A stretch of DNA of 64,000 nucleotides from Octopus sinensis (lineage: Eukaryota). The notes beneath the pieces were generated by a model, which had not been told where the DNA came from, ran no database searches, and saw nothing but the letters and a program-made list of their open reading frames with translations. A program made the position numbers and the translations under genes. Location of the stretch: contig NC_043000.1 of NCBI RefSeq assembly GCF_006345805.1, positions 98,456,001 through 98,520,000 on the forward strand, in the 5' to 3' direction. Shown piece by piece: positions 26,024 through 39,618 of the stretch (the first letter of the stretch is position 1; every line of letters starts with the position of its first letter).

Positions 26024-26246
26024 CATACATACATACATACATATACATACATACATACATACATATACATACATACATACATACATACGTACATATACAT
26101 ACATATACATACATCATTTTTTACATACTCGACGGAGACGAAAGAATTCCTGAAGTAAATCCAGTGACACATATTCATAATGTTGACTACATCGGGTAAC
26201 AGAATTCAGTGAACGTGCATTAAACGGCATACACCCAGGTTTAAAA

Positions 26247-26345
<99 letters not shown>

Positions 26346-26351
26346 ACGAGA

Positions 26352-26590
26352 CATTTTATTTCACGTTGCTCCAGTTCACTTAGCTGTAGAAATGAGTTGC
26401 GACGTTACTAATGCCAAGCTGTCTTGGCATTTGCCTTTCCATAGGATAATATCGGTTGCGTGGAGAGGGGAGGATGGTATGTATGGACGACTGCTGGTCT
26501 TCCATAAACAACCTTGTTCGGACAAGTGCTTCGGAGGGTAATTTTCTAGGTGCAATCTCATGGTCATTCATGACCGAAGGGGATCTTTAC
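26352..26590 (+). mobile_element. 5'-truncated SINE body and tail
   Basis: Begins with the shared SINE block TTTATTTCACGTTGCTCCAGTTCACT.AGCTG and ends CATGACCGAAGGGGATCTTTA plus microsatellite. Confidence 0.6.
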
Positions 26591-26627
26591 ACACACACAT
26601 GCATACATACATACATACATACATACA

Positions 26628-26661
<34 letters not shown>

Positions 26662-27652
26662 GATATATGCATGTGTGTGAGTGTGTGTGCATATATATAT
26701 ATATATATATTATACGAGGAATAAAAGAATGCATAATTACATATATACATATATATATATGTACACACACATACATAGATACATACATACACACACACTT
26801 CCCTGTCCTGTCTTTTACTGTTTATATTTTTGTACTGTCGTTACTGTCCTGTTTTTTTACCATTTTTTAACCATTTTTTACCCCTCTGCGAAAAGATCTC
26901 AGAATTTTAATTGATTTGCTTTTCGCAGGAAGGAAAGTTTCTTGTCGAAGATACGTCTCGCTTTTATCCTTCGAAACGTAGAGTAGATGAAACCATAGCG
27001 ACTGAAGAAGGGGTTTTTTTCTTTGTGTTAATTGTCCTGTACTCCATTTTTTTGTTGTTTTTAAAAAAATGTCCAGTTTCTTTGGTTTGTGTCTATGTTT
27101 TCGTTTCTCTTTGTGTTCGACGTCCCTTTGGTGTCCTGTACTCATATATGCGTGTATATGTACATGTAGAGGTAGGTACGTACATATATGTTTATATATA
27201 TGCATATGTTTTATTTCATTTATTAATACATACATACATACATACATGCATATATACGCTTGTAAATTTATCTTTATCTTGCGGCAAGCCTTTTAGGTTA
27301 TTTAATTTTGATGGATGATTGAGCGCAAGCTTATTAATAAGTATGTTTTTATATGCATATGCGAAACAATTTGTAAAAAAAAATCTCTATATAGTTGCAT
27401 GTTAGTAGGTCTGTACATTTCCCATTGTGCTCATATGCATATGTCGGTATGTGGGTCAACATGCGAGTGTATGTATGTATGATGTATGTATGTATGTATG
27501 TATGTATGTATGTATGTATGTGTGTGTGTGTGTGTACATATACCCTGTAAACGGATGTGTATATATGTGTATGTTTTGTATATCATTTATATATATATTA
27601 TTTGAATGTATGTAAATGTTTGTGTGTACGTATGCGTATATTTGCAGGTACT

Positions 27653-27720
<68 letters not shown>

Positions 27721-27795
27721 CCTACCTACTTACCTACCTACCTACCTACCTACCTACCTACCTACCTACCTACCGACTTACCTACCTACCTACCG

Positions 27796-27868
<73 letters not shown>

Positions 27869-27960
27869 CCTATTTTATCTAAATACCAGTGTACATGTAT
27901 CTGTGTATATACGGGCACTTGCTGTACTTCCACTTCCATATCTATATGAATTATATATAA

Positions 27961-28000
<40 letters not shown>

Positions 28001-28399
28001 ATGTGTGTGTGTGTGCGTGCGTGTGTGTGTGTATGTGTGTGCATTTTCCGAATTTGTGTGAATGTATATAGACTATTAGATCAGTTGAATAAAGCATGGT
28101 CTGATTTTCACGGTTTTTATTATGGTATTTTAACATTAGAAAAATATTTTGTAATGTTCATAAATTTTAATTAGCGCTTTCATACGTTCGTAGTAATCAT
28201 CAGACTTCAAAATCTATTTAACTGACAGTTGAGATATTGACAACTGTAGTACCTCTTAGAATGCTCCGAAAAATTGAATTTTGGAATTTTGACCAATCCG
28301 CATGCAGCTTAAACTGGTTTGCTGGACGTACCGATATTACAGGCATAGATCCCGCCTTATTTTAACCAATTAGCTTGCGTTTTACATGTAATGGTTTTA

Positions 28400-28880
28400 T
28401 GAGTGAGCAAACTTAGTTGGTTTCGATCGTTTTTATTTCAGTTGGAGGGAGTCTTCTGTAGTTTGTTTATATTCATATGTTAAAGATATTTTCTGTCTAC
28501 ATGTTTCTATATGTTCGCTCAATAGAATTTGACGAAAATTGGTATTCTGGATTTGATGTCTGTGGGCGCGTGAGTGTTCCGATAAAGCATTCCCTGTCTC
28601 GCCTATATATAGTTCCTCGTAATTCGGGCATTTAATGCTGTAGATCAAATTTCTGCTTTTCCCATTCATATCCACATTTGCGAAAATCAGTCTAGTTTTG
28701 TTCTAATATGTCTACCATTATGCATGTATCGACACGTTACACATTTGCTATCATTGCACTTCGATACTAGGATTGTTTTATCCTGTTTGTTCTTGTTGAA
28801 TTTTGACTTTGTTAATAGTTTCTTTAGGTTGTGTGGCTGCTTTTTGCTTAAGATAAGTATTTGATTAGTTATGTTTTTTT
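28400..28880 (-). mobile_element. Penelope-like element, GIY-YIG endonuclease fragment
   Basis: Reads KKQPHNLKKLLT, KCNDSKCVTC, then NLIYSIKCPNYEELYIGETGNALSEH..AHRHQI...SEH (ORF 28433-28675). Confidence 0.88.
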
Positions 28881-29165
28881 TTAAATTTTACTTTATTTTA
28901 TGATTAGCAAATTTGTTTTAATGATGCTAAAAATGTTACGGATTGTATTATATACTCTTTATTTTCTTCTATTTATTTCAGTCATTTGACTGCAGCCATG
29001 CTGGAGCACCGCCTTTAGTAGAACAAATCGACCCCAGGACTTATTCTTAGTAGGCCTAGTACTTATTCTATCGTTCTCTTTAACTGAACCACTAAGTTAC
29101 GGGTACGTAAAAACACCAGCACCTATTGTCAAGCGACGGTGGGAGAATAAACACAGACACACAAC

Positions 29166-29244
<79 letters not shown>

Positions 29245-29835
29245 TATACATATAATAGCGTGGATCACACATAATTATAGTGGGCATCCCTTACGACTGT
29301 AGACGAAGTAGGCCTATAAACTTACTAGACCTGATGGACTCATATAAGCATACAGAAACGTGTAAACATACGAAACTCTAGGGTGCGACTCTGAGTGCAA
29401 GCGTAGGCTGAGTAGAGTGGGGGTAACGTACGAAGTTTGGTCATCGTACCGTATGACAATAGGGAGAGCATCTGTAAATTTGTGCATGCATATGCACACG
29501 TGGGTACATCGATGAGAATATGTCAGTGTATGTCATAGCGTGTGTGTGTAGATGATTTCCTTTATGGGCATGGCTATGTATGCATGAGGGTGTTTATGTA
29601 ACTGTAACCGTGCGAGTGGAAGGATGCGTGGGTGAACAGTACACTATATGTCACTCTTTAAAGACTATATACATATTTACATGTTTCGCCTGACTAAGAG
29701 CAAGTTCACAATTTTTTGAACCTACTATAAAACTCCCTTCACCTCTGACATATCACAAGGTTGTTCGTTCTGCAGTTCATACTTCTATTAGATTTTGCCA
29801 TTGTCGTCGTCGTGGCCGGTAGTGTTATTATTCTC

Positions 29836-30228
29836 GTTGTTTGTTTGTTTGTTGAGCGAAGCGGTCTTCGTCCCAGAGCTCGCAAGATCGCGCCTCAGGA
29901 GAAGTCCGAAACGTGGTCCTTTGCTATTCGTAAGACCCGCAGAAGAGAAAGCAGGTCAACCCCCGACACCAAGAGCATCGACGGATGGATGAATGCGCAT
30001 CCAGGCTCGGCGGTTGCGTAGGAAGTCGGGGACAAGAAACAGGAAGAAAGAGTGAGAGAAAGTTGGAGCGAAAGAGTACAAAAGGGGTCACCACCATCCC
30101 CTGCCGGAGAATCGTGGAGCTTTAGGTGTTTTCGCTCAATAAACACACAACGCCCGGTTTGAGAATGGAAACCACGATCCTCCAACCGCGAGTCCGCTGC
30201 CCTTACCACTGGGCCATTGCGCTTCCAC
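29836..30228 (-). mobile_element. tRNA-derived SINE family F (about 390 bp, (CAAA)n tail)
   Basis: Head GTGGAAGCGCAATGGCCCAGTGGTAAGGGCAGCGGAC...GTGGTTTCCATTCTC, a GC-rich body, and tail CAACAAACAAACAAACAAC. Confidence 0.8.
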
Positions 30229-30281
30229 TGCTGTTGCCATTGAGTCTACTTTTTTCTTTCTCCCTTCTCTACTGTGCGTGC

Positions 30282-30322
<41 letters not shown>

Positions 30323-30860
30323 ATAGTGTACATTTAAACACAAGGTAAAATGACCTTTTATTGGTAATTTTTACACGCTAGAAGAAGCAGTCAAAACGAC
30401 CAAAACCACATTTTTAAGAGCAATTTTCGAAGGGAATGACAAATAAAAACCGTTATTTGTATCGTACAAAGCACATTTTCGACGCTTCTAATAAAAGAAC
30501 AAAAATATATTTGTTTACATTTATACTATGTTTTGTATTATTTTACTGATCACACTCATGAGGCGTTTCGAAAAGAATATATTAATTGTGAAAGTTTGTC
30601 ATCGATTTACTGATGAACGTGTATGTTTTATAAAGCTTAAGATACAAATGACATTTCTAGTCGTAGCATTACGTTGTTCGTATTCCGCACTCCAGCTTAT
30701 ACTATGGTTTCATGGCTTTTGCCTAATTGCATTAGGTATTGGAGTAGAGTGTGAAACTTATTACGGAGCCCTAACTTTTGGCTACGTGTCCCTCATTTCA
30801 GGGCGTATACATATACACATACACACACACATTCATGCATGCATACATACATGCACACAT

Positions 30861-30958
<98 letters not shown>

Positions 30959-31512
30959 GCTAGATAGATAGATAGATAAAAATAAAATAAATCTATATAA
31001 TGGGCACAGATACAAAAAAACATAGGAAGCGAACCAATGTGCACACACAAACACACGCACAGTAACTTCACAGAAGGCTGCAGCAGTATCACCAACACGA
31101 CTAAGGACGACAGCAGCAGCAGCAGCGGTGACAACAATGCCAATAATAGCAACAACAACAACAACAGCTACAACCATGGCAGCAACGTGAGCAAACGCAC
31201 AAACACAGAGGGATACAGGTACTTACTGAATGTGAGGTCCAACGGCAGCAACAGCGACAACGGGGGAGGGGACGGTCATAATACTACTAAGAACAATAAC
31301 GCGCGCGCACACACACTCACACAAACACACGCAAACGCATGCGCATACAAGGATACACATCATAGAAGAACAGAATGAAATAAGTGGAGCAAGAGCACAA
31401 CAGAAAAAACACAATGACCGTCCCGAAATACAACAATCTCTGTTGCAACACAGAATTCACATCATGAGTCTTGCAACACAAATTCATAGACGTATATATA
31501 CTGTAATGTCTG

Positions 31513-31607
<95 letters not shown>

Positions 31608-31610
31608 GTC

Positions 31611-32089
31611 TAGCGAATGTTTTAAAAAGGGATGGGTGAATGTAGCAAGGATGGCACGTATGAATGACGAAGCCACCTTGAGCATAATCCTATGAACCCA
31701 GAAATCGAAAACAGAGGGTTACCCACTTGCAAACAAATGTGGTAACATATACCAATATTGATCGAGGTTACCGTGGTCTTTTTCGTAGGCTTTTCTTCTC
31801 ACGGATAAACCTTATCTGCTTCCCCTTTACACCGTACATCATGACACTGTGATACACGATCCCTGTTGATCGTTTTTTTATCCTCTTCCCCTTTTTTCCT
31901 CTTTTTTCTTCTTTTTTCTTTCTCCTTTTTTTTGTTTCTTTTCCTTTTTTTCTTTTTTTCTTTTTTCCCTTTTACCATCCCTTTTGATCGAAAACCTACG
32001 CCACTTTTTTTTTTCCACATTCCAAAAGAAAAGCTCTACCTTGTAACTTGTCCCATCTGTGTGCAGCCCTGTGTGGCCAATAAAGAAAC
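31611..32089 (+). mobile_element. Tx1-like L1 3' end (ORF2 C-terminus and 3' UTR) embedded in (TATC)n
   Basis: SECFKKGWVNVARMARMNDEATLSIIL* is homologous to DSKFYERWVNCARLACINGP of the 19779 element. The tail is GCAGCCCTGTGTGGCCAATAAAGAAAC, with (TATC)n on both sides. Confidence 0.7.
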
Positions 32090-32189
<100 letters not shown>

Positions 32190-33037
32190 GTAGGTATATA
32201 TACATACACACACGCATATCTTTTCTATATTTCTTTTTCAAGCTGTAAGATTTTTTTTTATAAAAAGAAATATAAGTCTAGATGGATTTACATCTTAGTT
32301 ATTAACATAAGAAAGGATATATTAAACAGTGTATATCCTAGATAAGCCACAGTAAAGCGACTTCGTTCATATCCCCGCTTGATTAATGCTTAGCTAATGA
32401 TAAAATGAAACACCCAAATGTAATAATGGTTCACAAAGTAGTAACAAAGCTTCATTGTAGTTGCGAATGATGTAAGTTGATCATATCCACCCCACTACTT
32501 AACTGGTACTTTATTAACTCTAGAAGGATTAGAAGCAAAGTTGACCTAGGCGGGATTTGAACTCAGAACTCCAAGAGCCAGATGCTCTACCGATTATATC
32601 TATTCACAACCCTCGGTAACAACAACAACAACAACAACAACAAGACCATAAACAATAACAACACCAAGAGAAATAGATGTAAACCGAATCCCTGATATTT
32701 AATGTCATATAAATTGACTCATGGAACGATAATAAAATACGGGTGTGTTTTTAATGGTTAATATAACTACGAAATCTCATATACATACATACATACATAC
32801 ATACATACACACATGCATACATACATGCATATATACGCATATATATATATATATTATATATATATATAGTGTGTGTGTATTCATGTGCTCACATAATTAT
32901 ATATATATGAACTTATATATATTCATATATACATACATACCCATTTACACACGCGAGCGCGCACATAAATGTAAGTGTATGTATGCATATATAATGCGTA
33001 TGATGTATATGGGGCGTATATAGTATATGTATGTATA

Positions 33038-33451
33038 AAGGCGGCGAGATGGCAGAAACGTTAGCACACCAGGCGAAATGCTTAGCGGTATTTCGTCTGC
33101 CGTTACGTTCTGAGTTCAAATTCCACCGAGGTCAACTTTGCCTTTCATACTTTCGGGGTCGATTAAATAAGTACCAGTTACGCAATGGGGTCGATATAAT
33201 CGACTTAATCCGTTTGTCTGTCCTTGTTTGTCCCCTCTATGTTTAGCCCCTTGTGGGTAGTAAAGAAATAGGTACTTCGTCTGCCGCTACGTTCTGTGTT
33301 CAAATTCTGCCAAGGTCAACTTTGCTTTTCATCCTTTCGATGTCGATTAAATAAGTACCAGTTACGCACTGGGGTCGATATAATCGACTTAATCCGTTTG
33401 TCTTCCCTTGTTTGTCCCCTCTGTGTGTAGCCCCTTGTGGGCAGTAAAGAA
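33038..33451 (+). mobile_element. SINE family A 1.8-mer (full unit plus headless second unit) with 14-bp TSD
   Basis: Unit 1 is 33038-33274 and unit 2 is 33275-33451. GTATATGTATGTAT occurs at 33023-33036 and 33452-33465. Confidence 0.9.
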
Positions 33452-35352
33452 GTATATGTATGTATGTATGTATGTATGTTTTGTGTGGGTGTGTGTTATA
33501 TAACAGCAGAAGTCATTTGTAACTATTTAAATCGTGTTTTTTCTCTGAACAGCCCATACTACTTTTTTTGATATATGTTAGTCTGGATATATGGGTCTGC
33601 CCAACAATAACCGCGGTGTATTATATCAGAATTGACTACAGTAAGTATTCATGTACTCAGTCATGTTAACGTCGATTTTTTAGTTGTGTAACCAGGCGTC
33701 AAATATTCTCTGAGTCAACCAGATACGTCAAAGGTAAAAAGAAACATAAGAAATAAATGAGAATTGCTTGCTTCAGTAATTTTTCTCCCTTACGAGATAC
33801 AATGATATGGTATCACGATAGTCTTTCATCTAGATCCGAAAGAAAATGTCTCATAAAGAAAAGGAGAAAACAAAACATGGCGCTATAGTCGTAATAAGGA
33901 AATTTACAAACGGCTTTTGATTAGGGAATGTTGTTTTATCGAATGCCGCCAGATGGCTGCTATTACTATTGTTGATGATATTTAGTCGCTGAGATAATGT
34001 TAGAGGTGGTCGGTTGGGACGTATACTCCTGATATGTAATTACCTAACTTCGTGTAATATATATTCACGATTCGAATGTCAAAGAACGTAAAACAAAGAG
34101 GAAAACAATGTAAAAGTAAATAACAGAACCACAAGCGTGACCACCACCACCACCACCACCACCACCGAATCTCTGAAATTACAACCACGCTGTCTTAAAA
34201 TTCGGAAGGACAACAATAAGTGGGGGTACATGACAGCTTCTACATTAGAAAAGCGGAAATGTTTACGAAGCTAGAACGCCTTTGATCATAGCTTTGTTTA
34301 ACCTGAATAAACCTGGGCCTACACAATAACAACAACGACGACAGCATCGTCATCTACAACAACGAGAGCATTAACAGCTGTTATCCATCAACACGTTACA
34401 TAAATGATGTTCCATAAGGCAGCGTTTAAGGATTGACTGTATCAAAAAACAAACAAAACTAAGAGAATGTGACTCACTGTACTTAGCTTTCAAGAGTCAA
34501 ACCCAACCAATGGAATCAATCCTCTGTATGGTTTGAGCCATATGTGACTAATTGTGCGCTTCCAGCTCCTCTCCACTCGTTGCCTCCCTTCCATCGCGAT
34601 AGGACTCTCGCTTGATGGAATGACAAATGAGGTCACCATAAAGAGACAGCTGTACGTCATTTGATTATGGTGATAAACGCTTGTCCAACACGAGTAACAC
34701 TCTTTGAATCTCTGTGATTAGCACCTAGTGGTAGGCCGAAGCGAAATGACCAGTAATTATAGGAAATAGCAAGTTTTACGTGAGAGCCTCCCTCACCTAG
34801 AAAGATGCTGTGACAACAGATAGGTATCTCACCTCCCCGGTGATTTTACTGCGTGCCCTGACACTAAACGAGGGTATTTCTGCATCCTGAGCGCAAGTGC
34901 AATGTTACGATATATGCTACTTAATTCATCGCTGGAACCCTGGTAGGTGCTTCTACACCAGGTCGGAGTAGACCTGGGAACAATAATGGTTAAGAGATGG
35001 TTTCATGCTCCTCAAAAATCTGGAACTCCCGAATCAAAGCCTCATTACCGGATGCAGCTTAAATTCACATCCATGACACACACCCACGACATACATACAC
35101 ACATACATATACAAGCTTTGGAAACCGAGGCTACGTTAAAATACATTTTATTAAAATGCTACTCAGTAGAATCGTGCTCAGGATCTTGAGATTGCTACAT
35201 CCATACATACGGGACTACCTGCATACACGCATATCTACATACATAACTGCATACATGAATCGATGGGTGCAAAGATTTATATGCATACATACAAAGATAA
35301 TGACATGCATGCATGTATAGAAAAGTACATGCATACGCAGCATATACAATTG

Positions 35353-35464
<112 letters not shown>

Positions 35465-35529
35465 GCGCAAAAACAATCAAACCAAACGCAATTTACTGTC
35501 TACGCAAGAGAGATATTTATGTTATGTAT

Positions 35530-35819
35530 ACATGGCTATAGGTAAGAAGTTTGCTTCCCAATCACATGGTCCTGGGTTCACCCTCGCTGTGTGGAACCTT
35601 GGAAAAGTTGTCTTTCACTATAGCCTGGGCTTATCCAAAGCCTTGTTAGACAGAAACTGAAAGAAACCTGTCTTATATATATATTTTTTTAGCCGGGTAC
35701 TTATTCTATCGGCCTCTTATCTCGAACTGCTAAGTTACAGGGACGTAAACACACCAACACCGGTTGTCACACATACACACATATATATATAGGGACGTAA
35801 ACACACCAACACCGGTTGT

Positions 35820-35854
<35 letters not shown>

Positions 35855-36030
35855 CAACCGGTGTTGGTGTGTTACGTCCCTGTAACTTAGCAGTTCGAGA
35901 TAAGAGGCCGATAGAATAAGTACCCGGCTAAAAAAATAGAAATAAGTATGGGATCAATTCATTCGACTAAAAATTTGTGAAGGCAGTGCACCAGCATGGC
36001 CACAGTCTAATGACTGAAACAAGTAAAAGG
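35530..36030 (+). mobile_element. SINE family G copy with an internal foldback (inverted) duplication
   Basis: Head CATGGCT.T.GGTAAGAAGTTTGCTTCCCAA. Inverted arms at 35684-35769 and 35852-35936; tail GACTGAAACAAGTAAAAG. Confidence 0.9.
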
Positions 36031-37299
36031 TAGAAGGTCTATTACATACATTCAAACAAACATATACACATACTTAATACATACACGTATGCAAACATAC
36101 ATCATACATACATATATCACAATATGGTGGAAGCCACAGCTACTCTTAATAAAAGGGAGTACTGGTGGAATAGAATTTAAACACAATAGACCTAATATAA
36201 TGATTTGAGATCAAAGAATAACCACATCAGTATGGCGAAGTCACAGATTAGACCACACGATCTATTATTCTGATCAGTTGCTTTATCATTTAATAATATA
36301 TATATATTAACTGACATTAAAACGAAAATACTTGGCCAATGTATATCAACCGATATCCATCGAATAATGGCTAACGAAAAACAAGACTTCAAAATAAGTG
36401 ATTCAAAATAACCAGGCTTCTAGAGGTGTTATACAATTTTATACATTTTTTCATCTATTTATATTTGTCTTATATATTTACATAACAGAACAGACGTATG
36501 ACTGTTGACACATACCTTCTTAATATCAAATCCGTTTATCATCAGACATGTCAGGATTTTGTACACATGCATAACAATTCACCTATCCCTCAAGGTGCTG
36601 AAAGTAGCAGCCAAAACTATCACAGATCATACCTCCAAATAAAGGTTATACTCGTATACCATAGACTTTAATCATTGTATCACTATAGAACAGCATCAAA
36701 ATTAATTTCGAGTCTACACTCAGCTTGCTTGTACTATATACTTTTTAACCGACACACATCACTGATCTCGTAAAGACAAAATCTGTGTGTCGCTTAAAAT
36801 GTATATAGTATAAGCATGTTGAGTGAGCCCCCATCACTAGCATGTGGTTGTCTCGCACCGAGGACGGGAAACAACTCAGAAACCTTGGTCTGTGTGTATT
36901 ACGAGGAGTAGAGATGGGAGCGATGACCTCCCTTGCTTATACTTTACGGACACAAACTGTGTGTCGATAGCCAACTGGAAGAGATTTCTCCTGGGACTAA
37001 ACAACAGTAAAATCGTCCTTGTATAGAACTGCCACATTCTATTGGCAAATAAACTTTACTATTCGGTACTGTTACTTCATATCTCTCGCTCAAAGATTTA
37101 AAACTGGCTGTTTTTTTTCTCTTTATGAAAGACTGTTGCTTAAATTTAAATAGTATAAGCAAGTTGAGTGAGACTCCACCTGAGGAAATTAGCCAAAGAA
37201 GAATGGTATATAAAAGTTAAAAAATCACATTGGTGGTGCAGCATGACAGCAGCCGCATGGCTGGAACGAATAAAAGAACACCCACACACACACATTATA

Positions 37300-37505
37300 A
37301 AGGCGGCAAGCTGGCAAAATTGCACGTCGGGGAAATGCTTAGCAGTATTTCGTCTGTCTTTACGTTCTGGGTTCAAATTCTGCTGAGGTCGACTTTGCAT
37401 TTCCTCCTTTCAGGATCAATAAATTGAGTACAGGTGAAATACTGGGGCCGATTTAATCGACCAGTCCCTTCCCTCCAAGATATCAGGCCTTGTGCCTTTA
37501 ATAGA
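37300..37505 (+). mobile_element. SINE family A (variant tail)
   Basis: AAGGCGGCAAGCTGGCA...GTTCTGGGTTCAAATTC...GTCGACTTTGC. Confidence 0.85.
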
Positions 37506-38361
37506 AAGGACGACTATTATTATGACAGCGCATGGCCTAGTGATTAGAGTGTTGCACTCACGAGCGCGAGATCATGTTTTCAATTCCTAGACCAAGCAGT
37601 GCGTTATGTTCTTGGAGCAAACACTTCATCTCACGTTGCTTTGCGATCACTTCGACACGTGTCGCGTGGCACACCAAGCACCTGTTCAGACAACGTCGAT
37701 TTGATAGAGAGAATGAGAGTACAACACATACGTTTGATCATTATAAACAGATCATTTGTGCTGATCGATCGACAAGGGCTGAACACCAACACATCATCTT
37801 CGACGGAAGAGTCTATTGTTATTATCATTACTATTACTCTGCGCGCGTAAGCGAAAGCAGGGTATTGTAAACACTCGTCTTGGTCTTGGTCTGGTTGTCT
37901 CTGTGTTCACAAATATACTGGAAAACGGGTGAATAGATTTTCACAATATTTGACAGAAATAGTGGCTCGAAATGATGGAAGTTTGGTTTGATTATCTTCA
38001 AACATACATAGATACATTACATAAATACGCGACTCTGTGTGTGTGTGTGTGTGTTTGTGCGTTTGTGTGAGTACAGTGATGGATTTGAGGGTTTCATTTA
38101 TTTACGAGTTGATTTCTTAATTTCACCGGAGTATAAATATCTATAATGGTGATACATAAAAGAAGAAAAAAAGAAAATCGAACTTCAAAATTTCCCGATA
38201 AGGAAGTTTATTCAGACACTTACAAAGCTTAATTCAGTTCAATTAAAAACATGGGTAAGCCATGCGTTGTAAGCCACACTATAATTTGTGAAAAAAATTA
38301 TCTGTGCGCAGGGTATGCATCACCCCGCCGATATTTTTTCTTTGCATCATCATCATCATCA

Positions 38362-38404
<43 letters not shown>

Positions 38405-38407
38405 CAT

Positions 38408-38964
38408 TGAGTGAGATAGCAGTGCATGCCATCAAAGTGACACTAGGGTAAAATATACGAAGCCCAGTATACCCATCATGACTACCCATCTGATAAGGGT
38501 ACACTAGGCACATGCATCACAACCACGTGTACGCGACATGGTGATCTCATATCAAGATAAACAGCACATGACCTTACAGGTGGGGCACAGTTAGAATTTT
38601 CTTCTGGTCGAGTAACCAATCCTGTTCTAAAGGCCCCTGAATAAGGTCTGTTTAAGGATGATGAACGAAACACCCATGTTTCCAAGGGTGAATTATCCAA
38701 ACCCCAAAGAATTCCTCTCAACAAGCGGCTATGATGCTCCCCTACTACTTCTGCTCGTGATCAGAGATGCACATATCGTCAGCCACTAAGGGACATGCTC
38801 AACTGGTTATGGTCAAACAACTGACAAGCAAATCTGTGGTATTGAGCAGATCTTTTTATACCAAGACAAAACAATGTACATGATAACACTTCCAATCAGT
38901 TAAGATCAGGAGCCATTATAGCCACTGTTTATTATTATTATCCTTATTATTATTATTATTATTA

Positions 38965-39021
<57 letters not shown>

Positions 39022-39572
39022 GAGTGAGAGAGCAGTTCATGCCATCAAAGTGACACTGGGGTAAAATATACGAAGCCCAATATACCCATCATGACTACCT
39101 GTCTGATAAAGGTACACCGGCCACATGCATCACAACCATATGTGCGCGACATGGTGATCTCATATCAAGATAAACAGCACATGACCTTGCAGGTGGGGCC
39201 CAGTTAGAATTTTCTTCAGTGTGAGTAGCCCATCCCGCTCAAACGGTCCCTGAATAAGGGTTGTTTAAGGATGTTGAAAGAACCACCCATGTTTCCAGGG
39301 GTGAACTATTCAAACCCCAAAGATCCCTCTCAACACATGGCTATGATGCTCCCCCACTACTTCTGCTCGTGATCAGAGATGCACATATCGTCAGCCACTA
39401 AGGGACATGCTCAACTAGTTATGGTCAAACAAATGGCAAGCAAATCTGGGTATTGAGCAGAATATTTGCTGTAGCCCATCTTTTATACCAAGACAAAACA
39501 ATGTACATGATAACACTTCCAATCATTAAGATCAGAAGCCATGAGAGCCACTGCCTGGTACTGCATCAGGGC

Positions 39573-39575
<3 letters not shown>
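38408..39575 (-). repeat. Two tandem copies (38408-38927, 39021-39575) of a roughly 550-bp non-coding interspersed repeat flanked by (ATT)n
   Basis: The copies are colinear and highly similar. Partial copies on the opposite strand lie at about 18788-19000 and 56590-56755. Confidence 0.9.
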
Positions 39576-39618
<43 letters not shown>

